Shown in pieces: positions 31,001-42,367 of a stretch of 64,000 nt of DNA. Source of the stretch: Candidatus Obscuribacterales bacterium. Its GTDB lineage: Bacteria; Cyanobacteriota; Vampirovibrionia; Obscuribacterales; Obscuribacteraceae. A program made the translations under genes and the position numbers. Under the pieces are notes generated by a model that saw only the letters and a program-made list of their open reading frames with translations, had not been told where the DNA came from and did not search any database. The stretch spans positions 224,001 to 288,000 of the forward strand of contig CBDDIJ010000003.1 in the NCBI GenBank assembly GCA_965228855.1. Direction: 5' to 3'. Position 1 is the first letter of the stretch; each line of letters starts with the position of its first letter.

Positions 31001-32281
31001 TCAGAGCTTCCCTGCGAGGACCTCGTTGTTTGGTCTGGCGAATACAACCTGGACAACGCTTATCTGTCTGGTTGCGAATGCAGCCTCGCAGTAGCAGAAG
31101 TAATAGATCCATTTGCGAATGAATCTGTCGTCGAAACCAAGACCTCTTATAGCATCAAGGTTGGCTAAGAAGTTATTTCTCCACGAGCTCAGTGTCCACG
31201 CGTATGAGGCGGCGAAGTCGTGCAGGTCAACGAGGTGAAGAGTTGAGCATTTGTTTAGAGCCTTTAAAACGCGCTCTACTGATAGCAGCTGCGAACCAGG
31301 AAAGATATGCTTTTGTATGAAATCAACTCCGTTCTTCAGAACGTCGTATCGGCAATCCGGCGTGGTGATCATTTGAATTGCCAGGATTCCGTTCGGTTCT
31401 AGCAGTTGATTGCAGCAGTCAAAGAAGATGTCTACTTTTGAGTCTCCAAGCGCCTCTACCATTTCGATGGAAACAATCTTGGAGTATTTCCCTTTTACAT
31501 TCCTGAAGTCGCAAATCTCGACTGTAATTAAATGTTCGAGTTTCTCTCGACGTACCAGATCTGTAACAAAGGCGAACTGCTGATCCGATAGCGTCACGCA
31601 TCGCATTTTGCAACCATAGTTCTTCGCTGCATGAACTGCGAAGAAACCCCACCCGCAGCCGATTTCGAGCACTTCATCATCGGCGATCAATTGGAGCTTC
31701 TGGCACAGGCGCTCCACTTTTCGTCTCTGGGCTTCAGCAAGCGTTTCTTGTCGATTTTCAAAAATTGCACTGGAGTAAGTCATCGTCTCGTCCAGAATTA
31801 GATTGAAAAAGTCATTACCGAGATCGTAGTGTTCTTCTATATTCTTTTTGCTCATCTTGAGCGTGTTGTCTCGGAGAATGTGCCCGACGCGATTCAGCAT
31901 GAGGAGCGGGTTAATGAAAAGCGATTTGTTTTTTGATTCCTCGAGAACGGTAGAGTTCGTATTGTTGTCGATAAACCACTCAATCACATTGGTGAGATTA
32001 TCTGTTGTCCACTCGCCATCGATATAGGATTCAGCAAATCCAATTGCGCCGTAGAGAACACTTCGTTCGTAAAATTTCGGGTCAAGCACGGTTATATGTG
32101 CGTGAGCCGATTGCTTTCGTGTATCTCCGAAGCTCATCGTGTTTCCGTCTTCGAGGGTCATCCGAAGCTGGCTCTCCGACATCTTCTTGAACTGACCGAG
32201 CAAAATCGTTCTGCAGATCTGTTGAATTCCTGTCTGTTTCCGTTTTTCAAGCTGGGAATACTCGGGTGCGTAATTTGTCAT
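31001..32281 (-). CDS. cfa: Cyclopropane-fatty-acyl-phospholipid synthase family methyltransferase (Cfa/UfaM-like)
   Basis: GFAESYIDGEW, NIEEHYDLGNDFF, MTYSSA, LEIGCGWG, FIQKHIFPG and YFCYCEAAF motifs. Confidence 0.88.
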   Translation of the reverse strand: MTNYAPEYSQLEKRKQTGIQQICRTILLGQFKKMSESQLRMTLEDGNTMSFGDTRKQSAHAHITVLDPKFYERSVLYGAIGFAESYIDGEWTTDNLTNVIEWFIDNNTNSTVLEESKNKSLFINPLLMLNRVGHILRDNTLKMSKKNIEEHYDLGNDFFNLILDETMTYSSAIFENRQETLAEAQRRKVERLCQKLQLIADDEVLEIGCGWGFFAVHAAKNYGCKMRCVTLSDQQFAFVTDLVRREKLEHLITVEICDFRNVKGKYSKIVSIEMVEALGDSKVDIFFDCCNQLLEPNGILAIQMITTPDCRYDVLKNGVDFIQKHIFPGSQLLSVERVLKALNKCSTLHLVDLHDFAASYAWTLSSWRNNFLANLDAIRGLGFDDRFIRKWIYYFCYCEAAFATRQISVVQVVFARPNNEVLAGKL

Positions 32282-32283
32282 GT

Positions 32284-33063
32284 TTAGCTGCTTTTGGTTT
32301 TGATGTAGTGCGGTTTTTGTAGATATTGATCTTCGTGTTTTTCGTGATGTGGAAAGCGTTTGATAAACAAAATCAGCGCATGGAGGTGTATTCCGAGCCA
32401 TGCGACTAGGCTGCTGCATGGGTGTCGTAAGGTTCTTGTTGCCAGGGATTTGCTGGTGAGCTCGACACGTTTTGCGCGCATTCCGGCTTCAAAAGTGACG
32501 GCTTCGCGTTCTCGATGGTTCACGGAAACTTCTAGCGAGTCATTCGGTTCGTTGAGCGCAAATTCAAATTGTCCATCGACCGAACTGTAGGGTGAAACAT
32601 AAAATTCTTTGTCGAACGCTTGTTTGAAACCCTCTTCTCCGCCTAGGAGATAGAGCTTGCGTTCGCGAAAGGTGTTTTCAACTTCAACGACTGCGGCTAT
32701 CATTCTTTCGTGCCGGTCGTAGCAGTAATAAACTGAAATCGGATTGAAAACGAAGTTCAGAAATCGCAGGTGCGTCAGAAGTTTTATACCAACAATCCGC
32801 GAGGATAGGTCCGGTGAAGCTGCGGCGATGAAGGTCAAAAGCTTCTCTCGCAGGTCGCGAGGCGATGAGTCGATATGATCTTCGTTGCGTAATGAGTAGA
32901 GTCGTGCCAACGGCGAGTCGACTGTCTTGTTGAATGGAGATCCTCCATTTATTTCATTTAGATCGACCAGAAACATAAATGTTGAAACATCAAAGCTGTT
33001 TCGCCTCGGTTCGCGACGAAGGTGCCATATGCTGCAGTCGTAGAGGCAGGAGGAAAGCTTCAT
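32284..33063 (-). CDS. DUF1365 protein (UfaO-like)
   Basis: H.R..P....F, FNPISVYYC, EVENTFRER and KEFYVSPY motifs. Confidence 0.88.
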   Translation of the reverse strand: MKLSSCLYDCSIWHLRREPRRNSFDVSTFMFLVDLNEINGGSPFNKTVDSPLARLYSLRNEDHIDSSPRDLREKLLTFIAAASPDLSSRIVGIKLLTHLRFLNFVFNPISVYYCYDRHERMIAAVVEVENTFRERKLYLLGGEEGFKQAFDKEFYVSPYSSVDGQFEFALNEPNDSLEVSVNHREREAVTFEAGMRAKRVELTSKSLATRTLRHPCSSLVAWLGIHLHALILFIKRFPHHEKHEDQYLQKPHYIKTKSS

Positions 33064-34382
33064 CGCGCAACGTCCCTCAAGGTGGTATCTGCTGTGGTGA
33101 GGCGCGAATGTTTTTCGAAATGCGATGGTTGGCTCAATATATCCGCGACCGAATATGCAGACCTCAAAGCGTCTTCGTGAAAGCCGAAACCGAAATAGCT
33201 GCCGCAGAGAAAAACGTGTTGTGATGACAGATTGCTTAGCTCGAGCTGCCGCCTCGCTCTGTTTGTTGCAACGGTGAAGAGCGGATGATGATAGACCAGT
33301 TTTTGCTTGATAGTCGTTGGCTCGATTTCGTCGTCAGAGTTCAGTGAGATGAAGTAATTGGTTTTGGTATCCAGTGGCTGCAAGTTGTTCATCCAATAAT
33401 GCACGGATGACGATCCCGCAGATTCGCTCAGTCTGTAGTTCCACGACGCCCAGTTGCCGCGTGTAGTCGGCATGACGGAACCATCTGTATGGAGGCTAAC
33501 AAAATTCTTCTGGTATCTAAAGTTTTGAAGTTGCAGTTTGAAATCCGAGGAAGTTTCGTCCAGCATCGCGGCGGCCTGGTCTGCGTGCGCTGCGATTATG
33601 CACTTGTCAAATTTATGTGTTTCACCTGTGGAGGTCCGCACCAGAACCATGTTGTCTCGGATGGAAACCTGTTCTGCTGCGGTCCGAAGTTGTAGGTCTG
33701 GGACTATCTTTTGTTTGAGTTCTCTTACGTATGTTGATGCTCCTCCTGCGATTGTTTTCCACTGATACTGCCCGTACGTGTGCAATAATCCGTGTGTCTG
33801 CATGAACTTGAGTAACATGCGAATGGGAAACTTTCGCATATCATCCGTGGTGGCAGACCATAGTGATGACATCATCGGCAATATATAATCTTCAAGCGCC
33901 TTTGCATGTATTTCATTCGAGCGAACGTATTCCTCGACGCTCACATCTTCGAACATTTCATTGTCTACATCGCGAAGACCAATTTTGTTGAACTTGGCGA
34001 TGTTGAGTAGCATTTTAAAGAAGTCAGGTTTAAGTAGATTCTCGGTTCGTGCGAAGAAACGTTTGAAGCCCGTTCCCGACCATTCCACGTTGCTCTTGCG
34101 GTTTTGAACGCTGAACGACATATCCGTATCAGCGGTTCGCACTTGAAGGTGTTTCAGCAAATCAGTCAATAGTGGATAGGTGGTCTCATTGAAAACCATG
34201 AAGCCAGAGTCTATCGGGATGCACTTTCCATCCTCTTCTACATTCAAAGTGTTTGTATGACCACCGCAATAACTGTCACGCTCTAAAACCGTGATCTCGT
34301 ATAGACCGCTCAGTCGATACAGAGCTCCCAGTCCGGCGATGCCGGAGCCGATTATTGCCAGTCGTTTCTTCTCTTTGCTCAT
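33060..34382 (-). CDS. FAD-dependent oxidoreductase (amine oxidase family, UfaD-like)
   Basis: IIGSGIAGL, GGHTNT, DSGFMVFN..TYP, WASWNY and GFGFHEDAL motifs. Confidence 0.88.
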   Translation of the reverse strand: MSKEKKRLAIIGSGIAGLGALYRLSGLYEITVLERDSYCGGHTNTLNVEEDGKCIPIDSGFMVFNETTYPLLTDLLKHLQVRTADTDMSFSVQNRKSNVEWSGTGFKRFFARTENLLKPDFFKMLLNIAKFNKIGLRDVDNEMFEDVSVEEYVRSNEIHAKALEDYILPMMSSLWSATTDDMRKFPIRMLLKFMQTHGLLHTYGQYQWKTIAGGASTYVRELKQKIVPDLQLRTAAEQVSIRDNMVLVRTSTGETHKFDKCIIAAHADQAAAMLDETSSDFKLQLQNFRYQKNFVSLHTDGSVMPTTRGNWASWNYRLSESAGSSSVHYWMNNLQPLDTKTNYFISLNSDDEIEPTTIKQKLVYHHPLFTVATNRARRQLELSNLSSQHVFLCGSYFGFGFHEDALRSAYSVADILSQPSHFEKHSRLTTADTTLRDVAR

Positions 34383-35305
34383 TGTTCGTGTTGAAGAGCC
34401 AATTGTCTTTCTCTGGTTACCGGAGCCTTTCGCAAATCCCAGATGATGCCCAGCTTTTCCATTAGCAGGAGGATGTAATAAGTGGTATCAATCTGCCACC
34501 ACTTAAGCCCCTGGCGAACAAGGTTCGGAAAGCGGTGGTGATTGTTGTGCCAGCCCTCCCCCATAGTTACGATCGCGAGGACGAAGTTGTTTTTGCTGTT
34601 GTCTGGTAGCTCGAATTCTCTATAGCCGAAGATGTGCGCAAGTGAGTTTATCGCAGCTGTCGCGTGAAAAAGGACGATAGTACTGAGGAGCCCCCAGCTC
34701 ACACATTGCCAACCTGATGTGTGGGTCGAGGGATAGAGACTGCCTACGATTTCGCCTAGAGCGTAGACTAGAAAACCCATGAGAATTGGACAAAGCCAGT
34801 CGAATCGATTCAAGAATCTGAGTTCGGCGAATTTGTTCAGATCCGAAACGCGGCTGTAGTCGGTCGGCATATTGTTGTCACTTAGAATCCAGCCGATGTG
34901 AGACCAGAAGAAACCTTCTTGAACCGGCGAATGGACATCGTTTTCCTCGTCCGAATACTTATGGTGTCTTCTGTGGTGCGCGGCCCACCACAAGGGACCT
35001 CGCTGCACGGACGTCGTGGCAAGTGCTCCGAAGATAAACTGCATGACCCGGGAGGTTTTAAATGTTCTGTGTGAAAAATATCGATGATAGAAGGCAGTCA
35101 CGAAGAACATTCGTGAGACATACAGAAAGACGGCAAGCCAGACTGAGAATGCGCTTGCGCCAGTCCACAGTACGGATAAGCTCGCGAGATGTAGGAGTAC
35201 AAAAGGCACTGCGCGACTTGGATTGACCGCGGCCTCTTTCTCAAGCACATTTTGTGCTCCTTCAGAAAAATAGTCAGCGTCAAGAAATTTCAGTGCGTTG
35301 TGCAT
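34379..35305 (-). CDS. Delta-9-type acyl-lipid/acyl-CoA desaturase
   Basis: His boxes HRYFSH, HRRHH and GEGWHNNHH. Confidence 0.92.
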   Translation of the reverse strand: MHNALKFLDADYFSEGAQNVLEKEAAVNPSRAVPFVLLHLASLSVLWTGASAFSVWLAVFLYVSRMFFVTAFYHRYFSHRTFKTSRVMQFIFGALATTSVQRGPLWWAAHHRRHHKYSDEENDVHSPVQEGFFWSHIGWILSDNNMPTDYSRVSDLNKFAELRFLNRFDWLCPILMGFLVYALGEIVGSLYPSTHTSGWQCVSWGLLSTIVLFHATAAINSLAHIFGYREFELPDNSKNNFVLAIVTMGEGWHNNHHRFPNLVRQGLKWWQIDTTYYILLLMEKLGIIWDLRKAPVTRERQLALQHEQ

Positions 35306-35396
35306 ATCGTTAGATCTTCCGTTGAAGATAATCCTAACGAAGCAAGGTGAACATCAGGTAAATGCGCCGAAACCGTTCAGGTTGTTAGCGACCAGA

Positions 35397-35990
35397 TCAG
35401 TCCAGAAGAGTGAGCGAGGATATGAAGCGATCTGCCTCGCTCGATTTTACGAAGTCGGGTTTTCCGGTGACGACAAGAGCGTAAGAGGTTTTCCCGGAAG
35501 TGGTTCCGATTAAGTAGGTACGCAACCTAAAGACCGATTGATCGTTGCCTATGGTGCCTTCGACTTCGTTGCCGATTCGTGTTGTCGCTCGGTCGCTGGA
35601 GCCGTAGTATTCGATGGGTTTGGTGGTCGAAACCTTTCCGTCGATTGATTTGACTATGCTCGCCGTGATTTCATCCAAACCGGTTTTGCTCTGTTCGGGC
35701 GTCATGAGCGTGCCGTGAGCGAGTCCGAAGATCAACTCGTACGTTCCGCTCTCGTGTCTATATAGGTACTTGCGTTTCATTATGTCATCGGTTGCGACCT
35801 CGTCTCGCGGTCCGGGCATGTTGACTTGAAACCCTGCGTGTTTGGGCTTGAATGTCTCCATTTGAGGCGTTCCACCTGCCGGAGCCTGCATGCCGAGTAC
35901 GTTGCGAAACGCTCTTGTGCAGCCGGAAGTGCAAAGCACTGTCGCTACGGAGAGCGTAACCAGAAGAGTCGAGCGCAAATGTTTCATCAA
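35397..35990 (-). CDS. Hypothetical lipoprotein
   Basis: Signal peptide with lipobox-like TSGC. Confidence 0.6.
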   Translation of the reverse strand: MMKHLRSTLLVTLSVATVLCTSGCTRAFRNVLGMQAPAGGTPQMETFKPKHAGFQVNMPGPRDEVATDDIMKRKYLYRHESGTYELIFGLAHGTLMTPEQSKTGLDEITASIVKSIDGKVSTTKPIEYYGSSDRATTRIGNEVEGTIGNDQSVFRLRTYLIGTTSGKTSYALVVTGKPDFVKSSEADRFISSLTLLD

Positions 35991-36110
35991 ACACCTACAG
36001 TTTTGTGTGAACGTCTGAAAGTTTATGGGGCACTTTAGAGGTCTGGCGTGCGGTCTCCGAACTATTCAGCTAACATGACTCTGGTTCATAAAAGTAACGG
36101 CTCAAACTGG

Positions 36111-36383
36111 TTAGCCAAAGACTTCATTGAACCCGGCAACCCATCGCATGATTTGATCGACGCCAATCAAGGCAACGAACAGAAAAATCATTCCTGCCAA
36201 CATCACTAGAAGACCGGCGATGGATCCAATTAACCAGTGGTTGCCATCAGGGACGACACCATGTGAAAGCGAGTACGAAGCTTCCTGCACGGAGTCGGCC
36301 GACACGCGCGAGTAGCAGAACCAGCCGCCCGCAAGACCGCTGGCTAAAAGGATGGCGCCGATCAACAGTAATGTGGAATTCAT
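36111..36383 (-). CDS. Small membrane protein
   Basis: Two TM segments; GGAGG RBS. Confidence 0.6.
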   Translation of the reverse strand: MNSTLLLIGAILLASGLAGGWFCYSRVSADSVQEASYSLSHGVVPDGNHWLIGSIAGLLVMLAGMIFLFVALIGVDQIMRWVAGFNEVFG

Positions 36384-36405
36384 GGGACCTCCATGATACG
36401 AGTTT

Positions 36406-37140
36406 CTAATATTTTACGGCGCGTCTGCCACCATAAGGTTGAAGGTCTTCTTCTGTCGGTTTCGTTACCCACTGATGGAAGAACAAACCACCGGCTGCCG
36501 CGATTGCTATGATGATTGACCAGATGCCTGATTGTCTCATGCATTCGTAGCCCTTGATCATGTCCTTTTCTGTGACGGCGTCTTCAACGTCGCCGGCGCG
36601 ATATTTGACCATCACGCGCGGTCTTACGATGTCCATTTGCTCTTCGCTGGGCGTCGCATTTTTGATCATGGTGCCAAGGCTTTTGAATTTGACCTTGTTG
36701 TCTTCACCATAATAGATGTGCTTTGTGATATCGTCCGGCGTTTTTTGCGGTGATTTGCGCTGCAACTCGATGCTCTCCTTCATCATTGTGTCGAAGGAAA
36801 CTTCTTCTTCTTCGTTAATCGCGTTGGGATCGTAGTCGCCTCGAGTTGCGAGACGCACGAACATGAGACAAAGCGGCAGTTTATCCTGCTTGACGTAGCG
36901 CTTGCCGTTGACGGTGTACGAGAATGTGATCGAAGGATCGCATAGCAAAATTTTTGGATAAGAAAACGGATTCAATACTTGGAAGTCGACGCCCTCATCG
37001 CGCTTAACGATGCGACCTTCGACTGTGTTCCAGTCCTTAGCCTTTTCGAATTTCTCGTTGTATGATCCGGCTGCAAGGATGAGCCAGACCCCGTACACGA
37101 GAAGGCAGAACATCAAGGGAAGAAATATTGATTTCAGCAC
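36406..37140 (-). CDS. DUF3592-like membrane protein
   Basis: W.TVEGRI...P.ITFSYTVNGKRY between N- and C-terminal TM helices. Confidence 0.65.
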   Translation of the reverse strand: MLKSIFLPLMFCLLVYGVWLILAAGSYNEKFEKAKDWNTVEGRIVKRDEGVDFQVLNPFSYPKILLCDPSITFSYTVNGKRYVKQDKLPLCLMFVRLATRGDYDPNAINEEEEVSFDTMMKESIELQRKSPQKTPDDITKHIYYGEDNKVKFKSLGTMIKNATPSEEQMDIVRPRVMVKYRAGDVEDAVTEKDMIKGYECMRQSGIWSIIIAIAAAGGLFFHQWVTKPTEEDLQPYGGRRAVKY

Positions 37141-37465
37141 GATAGACTCTCAACTTTCAGGATTTACCTGCTGCAAAAAAAGCGCCCTCGGCGATGAGGC
37201 GTTCGCTCTTTCGAATTTTGTATAAACTCAAGCACAGTGCAATTTCAACTATGATACCTTAACGCTTCTTGACAACATTCCCGTTTTAAACTTCCCTTAG
37301 CGTTTTGAGGTCGCTGAAGTAGCCTGAAATTGCTATTGTTTTTGCCCGAAACTTCTGAGACACACAGCTTCCCGGTTTTTCTGCTTTTCTTTGAAACTTG
37401 CAAGGAGCGTGGCACAAACTTTTGATATTGTTGGAGGCGGGGGCGCAGGTTTATTGGAGGGCTTA

Positions 37466-38388
37466 ATGTCCGGCGAACATTCTCATAGCCATGGCGACTT
37501 CAATGAGTTGCGCAAGAAAAGCAAGTCGTCACTAGTGATGGTGCTTATACTCACCACCGCCTATATGGTGGTAGAAGTGGTGGCAGGATTCTTTACGGGA
37601 AGCCTGGCGTTGATTGCAGACGCCGGTCATATGCTCGGCGATATCGCTGCTCTGTTATTGGCTTTGATTGCTGTGTGGTTCGCTGGAAAAACTCCCAGCG
37701 TGCAGAAGACCTACGGCTACTACAGAACTGAAATTCTTGCTGCTCTATTGAACGGCGTGGTACTCGTGGGGCTCTCCTTCTACATTCTGTTTGAGGCGTA
37801 TGAGCGTTTGTCGCAGCCGCCGGAGGTTCTTGGTGGACCAATGCTTGCCGTCGCTGTCGGTGGCCTTGTGGTCAATTTGATAGCGGTTAAAGTTCTGACA
37901 GGTTCATCCGAGAATTCTTTGAACGCGAAAGCGGCTTATCTTGAAGTCCTTGGCGATCTGCTCGGCTCGGTCGCTGTGATTATCGCCAGTTTGATCATAA
38001 TGTTTACTGATTGGAAACTTGCAGATCCGATAGTTTCCGGACTGATTGGCATAATGATTTTGCCTCGGACCTGGACCTTGATTCGAGAGTGCATTCACAT
38101 ATTAATGGAAGGCACTCCGGCTCACGTCGATTTGGAAAAACTGCGAAATAAATTGAGTTCGGTGAGCGGCGTGAAAAATGTTCATGACCTTCACGTGTGG
38201 ACAATCACATCTGGTCGCGATGCAATTTCTGCTCATGTTCTGATTGATGAAACACGACTACCGGACGATGTCTTGCGTGAGGTTACTTCGATCGCTCTTT
38301 CGGAATTCAATCTGCCGCATTCGACTTTGCAGGTCGAACAGAATGAGTGCAAATCGGAGCCCTGGGATCGCGAGCACGAGACTCACTC

Positions 38389-38392
<4 letters not shown>
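37466..38392 (+). CDS. czcD: Cation diffusion facilitator (CzcD/ZitB-like)
   Basis: His-rich N-terminus; SLALIADAGHMLGD, TYGYYRTEILAA and HDLHVWTI motifs; GGAGG RBS before ATG 37466. Confidence 0.9.
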
Positions 38393-40077
<1,685 letters not shown>

Positions 40078-40162
40078 TTATTATGATTCCTGGTCGAGTG
40101 GGCGAGCGAAAGCGACGCCTATTAGGCGCGGTCTTTCAAAGATGTTTACTCAGGTCTTGGGG

Positions 40163-40804
40163 CTACTTTCTCTTAGAGCCTCGAAGTCCGTTCAAAATTA
40201 GATGCAAAAATGTTTCAACCTCAGTGTCGAATACCTTTCGGTCTGGTCGCCCTTCCTGAGGCACTGCTAAGGTTCGATCGTACGGTGGCAGATAGGCTCC
40301 GAGCATCGTTGCAATCACTTCCGTTTGAAGAGTGGTATCGGTGTCCTTTGAAATTTCGCCTTCGCCAAGTGCTGCGTCAAGGAACGACTGAATTACATTT
40401 TTCATTTCGGCGAACTTGTGATGGGCGCGGCTTCGAATTCGTGCGCTTACATAGACCAGTGTGTCAGGTGTGCGCACGCTGCTGGACTCTTCGTACACCG
40501 AGCCGACGAACTTCTTCAATGTGGTTTGTAGCGCTGGAAGGAAATCTGAATCTGTTTTTTCCAAAATGCTACGCATCATTTTAACCATGCTTGCGCAGTG
40601 ACTTTCGCATATCGTGAGAAGGATATCTTCTTTGTTGGGAAACACCGTATATAGTGTCGCCTTGCTCATTGGTACGGCACGAGCGATCTCTTCCATTGTG
40701 GTTTTCTCGAAACCATTTTCGTGAAACAGTTTGCGTGCTGCATCGACAATCTTTTCGATTTTTGCGTCGGCTTTGGAATCGGCCTTTGTTTCGGCTGGGA
40801 CCAT
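40163..40804 (-). CDS. TetR/AcrR-family regulator
   Basis: IVDAARKLFHENGFEKTTMEEIARAVPMSKATLYTVFPNKEDIL; GGAGG RBS before ATG 40804. Confidence 0.92.
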   Translation of the reverse strand: MVPAETKADSKADAKIEKIVDAARKLFHENGFEKTTMEEIARAVPMSKATLYTVFPNKEDILLTICESHCASMVKMMRSILEKTDSDFLPALQTTLKKFVGSVYEESSSVRTPDTLVYVSARIRSRAHHKFAEMKNVIQSFLDAALGEGEISKDTDTTLQTEVIATMLGAYLPPYDRTLAVPQEGRPDRKVFDTEVETFLHLILNGLRGSKRK

Positions 40805-41019
40805 TGTTACCTCCGGAGGCAAACGCGCTGCGCTGGGAGCTGGAGTGCGACTCGTCGAGGGACGATGACTCGCGTGGAGCCTCCAGGCAGTTTTCTGACT
40901 TTTACTATAGTAAACGATTGAACGATTTTTGTTTAGTCGTTCAATGTTAAATCGACATAAGTCGCCCAACTTCTCCGCTCTCGTCCGCGCCGACCGCCCG
41001 CTGCCCCCTTGCTCCCCTG

Positions 41020-41051
41020 CTCCGCTACTCCGCTACTCCGCTACTCCGCTA
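41020..41051. repeat. (CTCCGCTA)4 tandem repeat
   Basis: Read directly. Confidence 0.9.
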
Positions 41052-41182
41052 CTGCGCCTATTCTCCTCTCGGTATGTTTAGAAGGGATTTCGTATGCCGC
41101 CTGCGGAATGGGTTCCAGAGGTATTCCTCCCGAAGTATCAAATTCGCCTCGGTCTAATACTGCCAGCGGAATAGTGGAGAGC

Positions 41183-41264
41183 GGAGAAGGAGTTGCTGGT
41201 GAGCGGAGAAGGAGTGGTGGAGAGGGAGAAGGAGTTGCTGGTGAGTGGAGAAGGAGTGGTGGAG
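41183..41264. repeat. Purine-rich 42-bp-period duplication
   Basis: GGAGAAGGAGTTGCTGGTGAG(C/T)GGAGAAGGAGTGGTGGAG at 41183 and 41225. Confidence 0.9.
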
Positions 41265-41469
41265 TCCGCGGAGGTAGGGGAGGAAGGGGAGGTACGCGCT
41301 TTTGTCGTTGTGATCGGCGCGTGTCGAAACTGCCAATAAAGAGGATTAGGCAAACAGTTGTCGAGTGATTTCCGCTTTTGGGAATTTGCACGGCGTTTGG
41401 AGTTGAATTCGCTGACTGGCACGGCGCTTTCGGTGTTTTGTAGTTTGGGCGACCAAACCTCGAAAGAAC

Positions 41470-41498
41470 TGGACGCCCATCGAAAACTTGGATATGAT
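41470..41498 (+). promoter_or_regulatory. Putative promoter of RNA B1
   Basis: TGGACG-N17-TATGAT; the same geometry recurs at B2. Confidence 0.5.
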
Positions 41499-41501
41499 TG
41501 A

Positions 41502-41697
41502 TATTGATACCAATAACAGATGCACAGGACTACCTGCGGTGGTCCACAACAATTGTCTGGCACGAGGCATTTAGACCCTCGTTAATAGGTAGAAATTGAG
41601 CGGAGATTGCACGGCAACCTCCGTTGATGGTGGCGCATTTAGTACCACTACAACGGGTTGTCGGCTTTGCGTTGAGTGGCTGTCCATGCGAATCTTC
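41502..41697 (+). ncRNA. Unassigned structured RNA 'B', copy 1
   Basis: ~195-nt homolog of 42171-42367 with compensatory or G-U-tolerated changes in several stems. Confidence 0.6.
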
Positions 41698-41830
41698 GTG
41701 AAATCGCTGATAAAAATGCTGTAACTGTTCCAGTGCAGAATTGGCTTGTGGTTCCGGGTTTTTGATGTTTGTCTGGCTGGTCTTCTCTCCGATGGATAGC
41801 GGCTTTCGTCGGACGCTAAAAAATTTTCTT

Positions 41831-41877
41831 AAAACAAAAATGGGGGACTTCCGCGCGGGGAATTCTGTTGGTATATT
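41831..41877 (+). promoter_or_regulatory. Putative promoter of RNA A1
   Basis: A-tract UP-like element, TTCCGC-N17-TATATT with extended -10 TG. Confidence 0.55.
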
Positions 41878-41880
41878 AGT

Positions 41881-42092
41881 AAATGAAGACGGTGAGTGAC
41901 TTGAAACGAAGCCACTTTGAGCCGAGGGGCAATGCGGAAACGGCAGGTTGGCGCCCAACCGGATACGACAGCAAGCAGCCCGCTAAGCGTGAAGGACTAG
42001 CTGAAGCGCTTTGAAATACTGAGCCTGTGCAACAGGCAGCTAGACGGTAGCTTGAGCACCACTGCAACGTAAGTTGGGTGGTGTTTTTGTTT
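41881..42092 (+). ncRNA. Unassigned structured RNA 'A', copy 1 (includes terminator)
   Basis: 212 nt, ~95% identical without indels to copies 2 and 3; covarying hairpin; GNRA-capped terminator followed by a T tract. Confidence 0.7.
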
Positions 42093-42138
42093 GCGGATCT
42101 TTCTCAAAAAAATATGGTGCCAAGATGTGCAAAAGTCG

Positions 42139-42167
42139 TTTACCAGCGGCATGTTGTTGGGTATGAT
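42139..42167 (+). promoter_or_regulatory. Putative promoter of RNA B2
   Basis: TTTACC-N17-TATGAT. Confidence 0.5.
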
Positions 42168-42170
42168 AGT

Positions 42171-42367
42171 TATTGATACCAATAACAGATGCACCGGACT
42201 GCCTGCGGCGGTCCAAAATAATTGTCTGGAACGGGCATTCTAAATCCCGTTGAAATAGGTAGAAATTGAGCGGAGTTTGCACGGCAATCTCTGTTGATAG
42301 TGGCGCATTTAGTACCACTAAGACAGGTTGTCGGCTTTGCGTTGTCTGGCTATTCATGCGACTCTCG
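42171..42367 (+). ncRNA. Unassigned structured RNA 'B', copy 2
   Basis: Homolog of B1 with compensatory stem changes. Confidence 0.6.

Noticed and set aside
41883..42014. Leaderless 43-aa ORF in RNA A (MKTVSDLKRSHFEPRGNAETAGWRPTGYDSKQPAKREGLAEAL)
   Set aside because: Open in A1 and A2, but A3 has TGA at codon 9 and a later TAG while preserving the RNA pairing; the substitutions follow structure rather than codons. A dual function is not fully excluded.
41997..42045. Hammerhead-like CTGAAGC...GAAA in RNA A
   Set aside because: The core needs CUGANGA (here CUGAAGC), and no stem III or UH cleavage site can be placed
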